From an uncultured Candidatus Peribacteria bacterium (GTDB taxonomy: Bacteria; Patescibacteriota; Gracilibacteria; UBA1369; 2-02-FULL-48-14), in NCBI GenBank assembly GCA_964359495.1, contig CAYHTG010000003.1, positions 1 to 46,064 of the forward strand: a stretch of 46,064 bases of DNA, read 5' to 3'. The notes under the pieces are model-generated. The model was given only the letters and a program-made list of their open reading frames with translations. It was not told where the DNA came from and ran no database searches. Below, piece after piece: positions 15,842-23,955 of this stretch. The stretch's first letter is position 1. Every line of letters begins with the position of its first letter. The translations under genes were made by a program, and so were the position numbers.

Positions 15842-16268
15842 AAAAATCGTCATTGTTGATGCATCAGTCATTTTGAAGTGGATGCTTCCAGAAAGAGAAG
15901 ACGTGAGGAAGGCTATCCTACTTCAGGAAGACTTTTACTCTAAGAGGCTTAGTTTTTTAGTTCCAGCTCATTTTCATGCTGAACTAGCCAATACTATTGG
16001 ACTAAAACTTCCAATGATTGCGTTCCAATTCATCCATAGAATTCTTGATAGCGAATTCCGACCTTGTCAGTTGAGTTTAGAGGTGGCACGGCTCGCCTTT
16101 AAATTCATGCAAAAATATAAAAGAATAAGCTTTTACGATGCTTTCTACCACGCCTTGGCAATTGATAGGCGAGGGACTTTTGTTACCGCAGATGAGCGAT
16201 ACTATAGAACCGTAAAAAGTGAGGGGCATATTGTTCTTTTAAGGGATTACTCTTATGAAAAAGTCTAG
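15822..16268 (+). CDS. vapC: PIN-domain ribonuclease toxin (VapC-like)
   Basis: IVIVDASVILKW (Asp1), HFHAELANT (Glu), SFYDAFYHALA (Asp), FVTADERYY (Asp): the PIN acidic quartet. Confidence 0.8.
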   Translation: MTMEENRKIVIVDASVILKWMLPEREDVRKAILLQEDFYSKRLSFLVPAHFHAELANTIGLKLPMIAFQFIHRILDSEFRPCQLSLEVARLAFKFMQKYKRISFYDAFYHALAIDRRGTFVTADERYYRTVKSEGHIVLLRDYSYEKV

Positions 16269-16470
16269 TACTCAACGAAACCAAGTCATCTCAAAAAAAG
16301 AATCTGGAATAAAGATAGTTGTAATTACTGGTGATAATTTTGAGGAAGCTTTAATTACTTATAAAAGAAAAATTGCCTTTGAAAATATTGAAAAGTTCCG
16401 TAAGAAAGTGAAACTGCGAATTTCAATGAAGGAGTTTAGAAAGCTTAGGGCTTACGGTCGGCAAGAGTGA
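16255..16470 (+). CDS. degenerate second copy of the antitoxin C-terminal region (orphan)
   Basis: Its C-terminal half (FEEALITYKRKIAFENIEKFRKKVKLRISMKEFRKLRAYGRQE) aligns with that of the 15587 product (FQEALIDFKRKKAYEELKKLRKKNKIYISTKEILKARDYGRK). The N-terminal RHH strand is not conserved. Overlaps the PIN gene by 14 nt and no toxin gene follows. Confidence 0.5.
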   Translation: MKKSSTQRNQVISKKESGIKIVVITGDNFEEALITYKRKIAFENIEKFRKKVKLRISMKEFRKLRAYGRQE

Positions 16471-16531
16471 GTAAAAGTGATTTTCATTCTTAGCGCAGAG
16501 TGTTAGGATTGTGCCAGCCCAACCCACGCCA

Positions 16532-18904
16532 ATGAACAAAACGGACCAAAAAGCACTTGCTTGGATGAAGAAGTATCTTCGTTACACGGATTACATCGGG
16601 GCGGCGCAATTGTACTTGAAGGAAAATTTTGAGTTACGAGAAAAGCTCAGGCCCGAGCATATTAAAGAGCGGATTCTGGGACACTGGGGGACGGTTCCTG
16701 GACTGAATTTTATTTATGCGAATTTGAATTATTTGGTGTGGAAACATAAATGCGAAATGCTTCTTGTGACTGGGCCCGGACACGGGGCGCCCGCTATTTT
16801 GGCGAACTTGTTTGCGGAGAAAACTTTGGGAGATTTCTACCCCGGCTTCGAGCGCGATGGGAAGGGAATGGGGCGCCTCATTCATGATTTTTCTTGGCCG
16901 CATACGGCCTTTCCCAGCCACGTGACGCCGGGTGTTCCCGGGTCTATTTTGGAAGGAGGCGAGCTTGGTTACAGTTTGGCCACCGCGTATGGGGCGGTGA
17001 TGGATAATCCAAACTTAATTGCGGTGGCCGTGGTGGGTGATGGTGAAGCGGAAACCGGCCCTATTGCCGCCGCTTGGCATAGCAACAAGTTTCTGAACCC
17101 GAAGAACTCGGGAGCGGTGCTCCCTATTGTGCATATCAACGGGTATAAAATTTCCAATCCCACTTTGTTCGGGCGTATGGATGACAAGGAACTTCGCTCG
17201 CTGTTTGTGGGTTATGGTTATGAACCGTTTATTATTGAGGCGCCAAATCTTGAAATGAAAATGCTCGTCGCCATGGAAAAGGCTTACCAAATCATTAGGT
17301 CCATTCAAAAGCGATCTCGAAAAAAGGCGGTTTTAAAGCCTAAGTGGCCGGTGATACTGCTACGCTCTCCGAAAGGGTGGAAGGGCATACAGAAATTTCA
17401 TGGTCATAGTGTGGAGGGTTCTTTTCATTCGCATGGAGTTCCCGTGGGTCATCCCAAAGACGACCCCGCAGCTTTGAAGGCCATAGAAAGTTGGCTCAAA
17501 ATTTATAAAGTTCAAGAACTCATCGATTCGAAAGGAAGACCCAAGCCCGAAGTGGTGGAGTTTGTAGTAAACGGAAAACTTCGCATTGGAATGTGTGCGC
17601 ATGCCATTGGCGGGAATTTGGTGAAAAACTTGAAATTTCCATCTTTGGAAAAGTACGCGCTCAAGTTTAAAAAGCATGGAGAAATTCATAGCGGAAGTAC
17701 CCCGGTGGGAGCGAAGTTTTTGCGCGATCTTGTGAGATTGAATCCAAAAAACTTCCGCATTTTTTGTCCGGATGAACTGGAATCCAATTTACTCGGGGCT
17801 ATTTTTGAGGCTACGGGCCGCGACTTTTTGTGGCCCCTCCAAAAAAATGATGAACATATGCAAGTGGGTGGCCGCATTGTTGAAATTCTTTCCGAGCATA
17901 GCTTGCAAGGCTGGATGATGGGTTACACCCTGACGGGCCGTTTTGGATTTTTCCCCAGCTACGAAGCTTTTCTCACCATCATTGCGAGCATGCTTGACCA
18001 ATATGCAAAATTTCTAAAGCAAAGCTTCAAAGTGAAGTGGCGTAGGCCCGTTCCTCCTCTTGTTTATTTGCTCACCAGTGTGGGCTGGAGGCAGGATCAC
18101 AACGGATACTCTCATCAAAATCCAAGTTTTGTCAGCAATATTTTGGAAAAACATGGCGAGTTCTGCCAAATCTACTACCCGCCGGACGCGAATAGCTTTT
18201 TGGTCGCGCTCGAGGAGGTTTATAAAAAACGAAATTATATTTGTGCCATTGTGGCCGGGAAACGCGACGTTCCTCAATGGCTTTCGCTCAAGGAAGCCCG
18301 AGAGCAAGCGAAAAATGGGATTGGTATTTGGGAGTGGGTGGGTGGACGCGAGGGTACAAAAGACCCTGACGTTGTTTTAGCTTCCGCCGGAGACTACATG
18401 ACTCAAGAGGCTCTTCTTGCCGTGAAACTTTGCAAAAAACTGGTACCGGAAATGAAACTTCGCTATGTGAATGTTTCCGAGCTCACCGCGCTGTGTTTGG
18501 GTGATCACGCGGAGCCGGCTCAAACTGCAGCTAGCGCTGCAGTGGAAGAGAAAAAAATGAATCAATATTTCACTAAAGATCGCCCCGTTGTTTTCAACTA
18601 CCATGGTTACACGAATGACATCGAGCAAATTCTTTGGCCCTATGTGAGTTCCAAGCGATTTAGTATTCACGGTTATGAGGAGCATGGTTCCACCACGACG
18701 CCTTTTGACCTCAAAGTGCAGAACAAAGTTGATTTTTATCATCTTGCCATGGACCTCATCACTCAAGCTTCGAAACGCAATAAATCGGTGGCCAAAAAGA
18801 AGGCTCAGCTCTTGAAATTTTTGAATGGAAAAATTGAAGAGCATCAAAAATACATTGTTGAAAATGGTGACGACCCTGCAGAGGTAAAAATACTTAAATG
18901 GTAA
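16532..18904 (+). CDS. xfp: xylulose-5-phosphate/fructose-6-phosphate phosphoketolase
   Basis: RYTDYIGAAQLYL, GHWGTVPGLNFIYANLN, GPGHGAPA, EGGELGYSL, VVGDGEAETGP, HINGYKISNPT, QDHNGYSHQNP: hallmark ThDP-dependent phosphoketolase motifs. The track start is GTG 16511. I prefer ATG 16532 (MNKTDQKAL...), so the start is uncertain. Confidence 0.93.
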   Translation: MNKTDQKALAWMKKYLRYTDYIGAAQLYLKENFELREKLRPEHIKERILGHWGTVPGLNFIYANLNYLVWKHKCEMLLVTGPGHGAPAILANLFAEKTLGDFYPGFERDGKGMGRLIHDFSWPHTAFPSHVTPGVPGSILEGGELGYSLATAYGAVMDNPNLIAVAVVGDGEAETGPIAAAWHSNKFLNPKNSGAVLPIVHINGYKISNPTLFGRMDDKELRSLFVGYGYEPFIIEAPNLEMKMLVAMEKAYQIIRSIQKRSRKKAVLKPKWPVILLRSPKGWKGIQKFHGHSVEGSFHSHGVPVGHPKDDPAALKAIESWLKIYKVQELIDSKGRPKPEVVEFVVNGKLRIGMCAHAIGGNLVKNLKFPSLEKYALKFKKHGEIHSGSTPVGAKFLRDLVRLNPKNFRIFCPDELESNLLGAIFEATGRDFLWPLQKNDEHMQVGGRIVEILSEHSLQGWMMGYTLTGRFGFFPSYEAFLTIIASMLDQYAKFLKQSFKVKWRRPVPPLVYLLTSVGWRQDHNGYSHQNPSFVSNILEKHGEFCQIYYPPDANSFLVALEEVYKKRNYICAIVAGKRDVPQWLSLKEAREQAKNGIGIWEWVGGREGTKDPDVVLASAGDYMTQEALLAVKLCKKLVPEMKLRYVNVSELTALCLGDHAEPAQTAASAAVEEKKMNQYFTKDRPVVFNYHGYTNDIEQILWPYVSSKRFSIHGYEEHGSTTTPFDLKVQNKVDFYHLAMDLITQASKRNKSVAKKKAQLLKFLNGKIEEHQKYIVENGDDPAEVKILKW

Positions 18905-20166
18905 AACATGTTGTCATTTTAGGCGCCGGTGTAGCGGGCCTTGCTTGTACTCAAAAATTATCTGCGCGCGCGCCGGAACAACTGCGCATTACTCTTGTTG
19001 ATGAAAGTGATGTGCATGTACTTAAGGCTGATCTTTATGAAGTGGCTACGGCTTTCAACAAGGAAATCACCGAGGAATGTTTGGTGCGTTTAAAAGCGAC
19101 GGTCGCTACTCCTATTGCCAGCTTGGTGGATCCTGAGCGAGTGCAGTTTATTCAGGACTCAGTGCTTCGAATCGATCCCAAAAAGAAGGTCGTTTACTTA
19201 AAGGGAGGTGCGTCAGCAAAAGGCAAAAAAATCTTTTACGATATTCTTGTTGTCGCTCTGGGGAGCGTGACGAATTTTTTCAATATTCCCGGTATTGAAA
19301 AATCAGCCTACTCTCTCAAAACTGTGCGCGATGGACTTAAATTGAACTGTGCGTTGGACCATTTGTTTTTTGAACTTTACCAAAAAAAATCTCAACGGTC
19401 GGTCCATATTACCGTTGGTGGAGGAGGTTCAACCGGAGTGGAAATTGCTTGCGAGCTTCACACCTCTCTTACAAAGTTGTGTAGGAAATACCATTATCCT
19501 CGTTCGAAAGTCCATGTGCAGCTTATCCAAAATGGAAAAGAACTCGGTGGACTCGACCTCAATGGAAGTGTGCTTATCAAGGAAAGGCTTCAAAAACTTG
19601 GGGTTTGTTTATATTGTGATTATCACATCACAAAAGTTACCCCTGAAAAAGTGGAAATTTTGGATGCTCAGAAGGTAAGAAAAACGCTTCCGAGTGAGTT
19701 GCTTATTTGGACCGCCGGGGTTCGAGTTAATCCTCTGCTCGAAAATTTAGCCGATTCAAAGTCACAAGGAGCAATCCGCGTGAATAGCAGCCTTCAATCG
19801 GTTGGGCATGACCGCATTTTTGCTGCGGGTGATAATGCTTACCTTAGCAATCCGCGCCACAGCGGCTCGCGATTCCCAATGCTCGCCAGTGTTGCCAAGT
19901 TGCAAGGAGCTTTGGTGGCTGAAAACATCATTAGAATCATTAAGTCTCGACCCTTGCTTTCGTTTAAGCCGGGCTTTGAGTGGCTTTTACTTCCTCTCGG
20001 TGGAAAATTTGGTCTCTTCAAAGCGGGCCCCGTCCTTTTTACGGGATTTTTTGCTTGGCTCATTCGACGCTTTGTTATTTTGCGTTACCACCTTTCCATC
20101 CTTCCTTTTTTTAGGGCACTTCGAAAATGGCGGCTTTCGGAAAAGTTGTTTGTAAAGAATGACTAA
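18898..20166 (+). CDS. NAD(P)/FAD-dependent oxidoreductase, type II NADH dehydrogenase-like
   Basis: Two Rossmann dinucleotide motifs (VVILGAGVAGLA; ITVGGGGSTGVE), a GD motif (IFAAGDNA) and a C-terminal amphipathic/hydrophobic tail. Its start overlaps the xfp stop (ATGGTAA). Confidence 0.8.
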   Translation: MVKHVVILGAGVAGLACTQKLSARAPEQLRITLVDESDVHVLKADLYEVATAFNKEITEECLVRLKATVATPIASLVDPERVQFIQDSVLRIDPKKKVVYLKGGASAKGKKIFYDILVVALGSVTNFFNIPGIEKSAYSLKTVRDGLKLNCALDHLFFELYQKKSQRSVHITVGGGGSTGVEIACELHTSLTKLCRKYHYPRSKVHVQLIQNGKELGGLDLNGSVLIKERLQKLGVCLYCDYHITKVTPEKVEILDAQKVRKTLPSELLIWTAGVRVNPLLENLADSKSQGAIRVNSSLQSVGHDRIFAAGDNAYLSNPRHSGSRFPMLASVAKLQGALVAENIIRIIKSRPLLSFKPGFEWLLLPLGGKFGLFKAGPVLFTGFFAWLIRRFVILRYHLSILPFFRALRKWRLSEKLFVKND

Positions 20167-21107
20167 GAACGAAAATTTAGGTTTTGGGCTTCAATGGAAG
20201 TGATGGCTGCCAAATTCACAATATCTTCCACCGTGCAGCCTCGGGATATTTCGTTCACGGGTTTTTTCAGGCCTTGTAAAATAGGTCCAATGGCTTTGGC
20301 ACCAGCTAGGCGTTCAACAAGTTTATACCCGATATTTCCCGACTCCAAATCAGGAAAAATGAGCACATTGGCGTGTCCGGCCACAGGGGAGCCGGGGTCT
20401 TTGAGTGCCCCAATTTGGTCCATGAGCGCGGCATCCACTTGCATTTCTCCCTCCACAATAAGGTCGGGACGGCGTGATTTTACAAGAGCTGCGGCTTCGC
20501 GAACTTTTTTTGCAAGTGGATGGTCGGAAGAGCCTGCCGTTGAAAAAGAAAGCATTGCAATTACCGGTTCCACTCCAAAACGCTTTGCTGTTTCGGCGCT
20601 ATCAATGGCAATATCGGCCAGAGTTTTTACGTCGGGTTCCACGTTAACGGCGCAATCGGCAAAGAGTAAAACTCCTCCATTCGCGGCATCGCTATCCACA
20701 TCCGCCGGTAAAATCATAAAAAGGAAGCCCGAAACTTTATGGAATTTTTCTTTTGTTTTAATGATTTCGAGCGCCGGCAAAATACGCTCGCGGGAAGTGG
20801 CCATGGGGCCGGCAATCATTCCATCCGCCAAGCCTTCTTGCACCATCATCGTTGCGAAGTAATGTGGATTTTGCATTTTGCTTCGAGCTTCCGCTTCGCT
20901 TGCCCCTCGAAGTGCCATAAACTTTTGCACAAAATCTTCAAAATGAGGATCTTTTACAGGATCCTCAAAAGTCAGGGGCAGCGCTAAACCTTCGTACTCT
21001 ATGATTTGAATCGCCTCGAGCACTCGAGCCTCGCTTCCTTCCGCAAAAACAAGCCGCGCCGGATTTTTCTTGGCTCGGTCCTTAATTTGGGCGAGGAAAT
21101 TTTCCAT
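20163..21107 (-). CDS. pta: phosphate acetyltransferase (short PTA_PTB type)
   Basis: ARLVFAEGSEARVLEA, HYFATMMV, ADGMIAG, SFSTAGS, ANVLIFPDLESGNIGYK, GPILQGL..PVNEISRG: canonical Pta motifs. Confidence 0.9.
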   Translation of the reverse strand: MENFLAQIKDRAKKNPARLVFAEGSEARVLEAIQIIEYEGLALPLTFEDPVKDPHFEDFVQKFMALRGASEAEARSKMQNPHYFATMMVQEGLADGMIAGPMATSRERILPALEIIKTKEKFHKVSGFLFMILPADVDSDAANGGVLLFADCAVNVEPDVKTLADIAIDSAETAKRFGVEPVIAMLSFSTAGSSDHPLAKKVREAAALVKSRRPDLIVEGEMQVDAALMDQIGALKDPGSPVAGHANVLIFPDLESGNIGYKLVERLAGAKAIGPILQGLKKPVNEISRGCTVEDIVNLAAITSIEAQNLNFRS

Positions 21108-21164
21108 AACGCGAGCGTAGCGAGCGAATTAAAAAAGACTGCCTTGAAGCGACTAAATCAAAAC

Positions 21165-21419
21165 TTACTCAGTAATTTCTTTGAGACTGTTCGTCGCTTC
21201 GCCCACTGCTTCCACGGCCTCTTCCACGTCTTCTTTAGCCTCATTCACTTGATCGATTTTTTCCTCCACGCCTTCTTTAATTTCCGTGGCTTCATTCTTT
21301 AGGTTATCTACCGCTTCCACGGTTTCATCCTTTGCTTTCAAAATATTCTCTGCACAGCCGGATGCACCCAAGGTGCTTAGGATGAGAGCGCTTACTAAAA
21401 AAGAGTGAAAAGTTTTCAT
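21165..21419 (-). CDS. small lipoprotein, acidic coiled-coil-like
   Basis: Signal peptide with lipobox LGASGC, then Glu/Lys/Val-rich helical sequence. Its start overlaps the stop of the upstream gene (ATGA). Confidence 0.5.
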   Translation of the reverse strand: MKTFHSFLVSALILSTLGASGCAENILKAKDETVEAVDNLKNEATEIKEGVEEKIDQVNEAKEDVEEAVEAVGEATNSLKEITE

Positions 21420-21754
21420 GAGAGTTTTTCTTCTTTAAAAATTCCTTCAAAATTACCGCCGAAGCCTTTCAAGAAATTATACATGTCCAGCACTTCGTTT
21501 GAACTGATGTGCTCCATTCGTGGGGCTGACCCGAGACGAATGTCGCTTCCCATGGGGACCGATTCCAGATCGCAGTTCACATGAATACAAGACGCATCTT
21601 CACAATTTGGACAAAAAGCATGAAAAAAGCTTTCATCTTGATTGATGCTTCCAATAACATCAATGGTTTCATCGGTGTATTTCCCGTTGCACACCGGGCA
21701 ACGCATGCTTCTTTTAATCTGACCGACAATAATTTTAAGTTCGTGAAAGTTCAT
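21416..21754 (-). CDS. hypothetical zinc-ribbon protein
   Basis: CPVCNGKY ... CPNCED gives two CxxC pairs. No family recognised. Confidence 0.5.
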   Translation of the reverse strand: MNFHELKIIVGQIKRSMRCPVCNGKYTDETIDVIGSINQDESFFHAFCPNCEDASCIHVNCDLESVPMGSDIRLGSAPRMEHISSNEVLDMYNFLKGFGGNFEGIFKEEKLS

Positions 21755-21815
21755 ATGGGAACAAAAAAGGACATACCCTATGATACGCCCTTTCGAAGCT
21801 CATGCCTAGACTTTT

Positions 21816-22424
21816 TTAAGCCGCTTTTTTGAGTCCTGCTTCGGGGTCCGCGGCGACGACTTTATTGTGTTCTTCTGCAACCGTTGTTGGTACTGGGCCT
21901 ATTTCTTCTCGGACTTCAATGAACAGTTGATTCAATTGGTCGCGACCCAAGGCTTTTACATTGAGCGCTTCTACCACTACTGCAAACTCAGGTTGAACAA
22001 AACTCACCAAGCTACACAGTTTGCTTACGATGCCTTCTACCTGATCAGGTGCTAAGAATTCTTGAGCGATGCTTTCATCTTCCCCTTCCCCTCCAATAAC
22101 TACCATGAGCAGTAAGCAAGCAAACACTTGTCGATCAAAACCTCCTTTCAATCCCTTTAAAAAGGAGTAGGGATTGCTGAGCATGATCAGTTGCTGGAAC
22201 AGAGAGGGGTCGCTCAGAGTTTTTCTCTTTTCAGCAGCGTCCATAGAGGCCCATTTTTCATATAAATAGTCTCTTCCAGGAGCTTTGCGCAGGCCTTCGG
22301 CGGCTAGGACCAAAGGTCCTTTCAATTGTCCACGGACCTTTTCCATGGCACCTTTATTTTTCAGAGCCTCTCTTGCAACGCTGAGTTCATCTGGGACCTC
22401 GGGGGAGTGGGCGGAGCTGGACAT
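21816..22424 (-). CDS. hypothetical protein (202 aa)
   Basis: Clean ORF downstream of gltX and co-oriented with it. No motif recognised. Confidence 0.5.
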   Translation of the reverse strand: MSSSAHSPEVPDELSVAREALKNKGAMEKVRGQLKGPLVLAAEGLRKAPGRDYLYEKWASMDAAEKRKTLSDPSLFQQLIMLSNPYSFLKGLKGGFDRQVFACLLLMVVIGGEGEDESIAQEFLAPDQVEGIVSKLCSLVSFVQPEFAVVVEALNVKALGRDQLNQLFIEVREEIGPVPTTVAEEHNKVVAADPEAGLKKAA

Positions 22425-22458
22425 AAAGTTTAGGTTAAAGCCTTAAAATAGAATAAGC

Positions 22459-23904
22459 TTATTCCTTTAACTTGTCAAGAGCCCTTTTTAGCCTCTTGAG
22501 AGTGGCTTCTTTGCCCAAAATACGAGCCATTTCAAATCCGCCGGGAGAGTACTCTTCATTGCTTAAAGCCACTCGAAGCGGCCAGAGCACTTGGCCGTTT
22601 TTTACACCCAGTTTTTCTATAACTTTCACGAGGCAAGCTTTAAGCGATTCCTCATTTTCAAAATCTTCATGGGCTTCCAGGGCGGGAAGAGAATTTTCCA
22701 GAGCCAGGATGGCCATCGCTTTGTCCACTTTCATCTTGTCGTTCAGGAAAAGCTTAGGGTCGTAATCAAGCTCGTCGAGTAGGAAAGGTTTGAGTAAGGC
22801 GGGAGCATCGGCCAGGGTTTTCATGCGAGATTGGACGGAAGTGACGCGAGCATTTTTCTGTTCGTCCCTTAACTGTGTTACAAGGCGATCTTCGTACCAA
22901 GCTTCTTTTTGGAGGTATGGAAGAATCAATTCGCCGAGTTCTTCAGGAGACTTTTTACGAATATAAGCGCCGTTGAACCAATCGAGCTTTTCGAGATTGA
23001 ATACGGCGCCACCTTTCTGAACTCGATCGAGGGAAAAACGGTCTATGAGTTCATCCATCGTAAAAATTTCCTCTTCGGTTCCCGGGTTCCAGCCGAGGAA
23101 GGCAATGAAGTTGATCATCGCCTCTTTGAGGTAGCCTTTCTTAATAAAGTCTTCAGCCGCCACGTCTCCTTGGCGCTTTGAAAGTTTGCTGCGATCTGGG
23201 TTGAGAAGCAGAGGGAGGTGAGCAAATTCCGGAGCTTGCCAGTCCAGGGCTTCGTAAAGGCAAATGTGCTTGGGCGCACTGGGGAGCCATTCTTCGCCAC
23301 GAATCACGTGAGTCACTTCCATCTCATGATCATCCACCACGTTGGCCAGATGGTAGGTTGGGAAACCGTCAGATTTAATAAGAACTTGGTCATCCACATC
23401 GTTTCCGTGAAAAGTCACCGGACCGCGAATGAGGTCCGTAAAAGTGATTTCTCTGTTGGGGATTTGTTGGCGGATGACGTAGGGCGCGCCTTTCTCGCGC
23501 AGCTCGTCGATTTCTTTTTGTGAAAGCCCCAGGCAGCGACGGTCATATTTGGGCGGGAGTTTTTTTGCTTGCTGCTCGCTGCGCATTTCCTCGAGGCGTT
23601 CGGAAGTGCAAAAGCAGGGATAAGCGGCCCCTTTCAGAATGAGCTGCTTGGCGTATTTCATGTAGATTTCTGTGCGCCGGGATTGGAAGAGGGGCTCTTC
23701 ATCCCAATGCAGGCCAAAAAATTTCAAGGTGTTTTGCAGACTTTCCACAGCTCCTTCCACGTAACGTTTTTGGTCGGTGTCTTCTATGCGCAAGGCGAAA
23801 ATTCCCTTGTGTTTTTTGGCGTATAAATAGGAGTACAGCGCTGTTCGCAGGCTTCCAATGTGGAGGTAGCCGGTGGGGGATGGGGCGAAGCGGGTTTTGA
23901 TCAT
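22459..23904 (-). CDS. gltX: glutamate--tRNA ligase
   Basis: RFAPSPTGYLHIGSLRTALY (HIGH motif), FPTYHLANVVDDH, KLSKRQG (KMSKS motif). Confidence 0.93.
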   Translation of the reverse strand: MIKTRFAPSPTGYLHIGSLRTALYSYLYAKKHKGIFALRIEDTDQKRYVEGAVESLQNTLKFFGLHWDEEPLFQSRRTEIYMKYAKQLILKGAAYPCFCTSERLEEMRSEQQAKKLPPKYDRRCLGLSQKEIDELREKGAPYVIRQQIPNREITFTDLIRGPVTFHGNDVDDQVLIKSDGFPTYHLANVVDDHEMEVTHVIRGEEWLPSAPKHICLYEALDWQAPEFAHLPLLLNPDRSKLSKRQGDVAAEDFIKKGYLKEAMINFIAFLGWNPGTEEEIFTMDELIDRFSLDRVQKGGAVFNLEKLDWFNGAYIRKKSPEELGELILPYLQKEAWYEDRLVTQLRDEQKNARVTSVQSRMKTLADAPALLKPFLLDELDYDPKLFLNDKMKVDKAMAILALENSLPALEAHEDFENEESLKACLVKVIEKLGVKNGQVLWPLRVALSNEEYSPGGFEMARILGKEATLKRLKRALDKLKE

Positions 23905-23955
23905 AGTGGCGCTATGCTAACATATATGCTAGTCTCAAGTCACTTAACTTACGCT

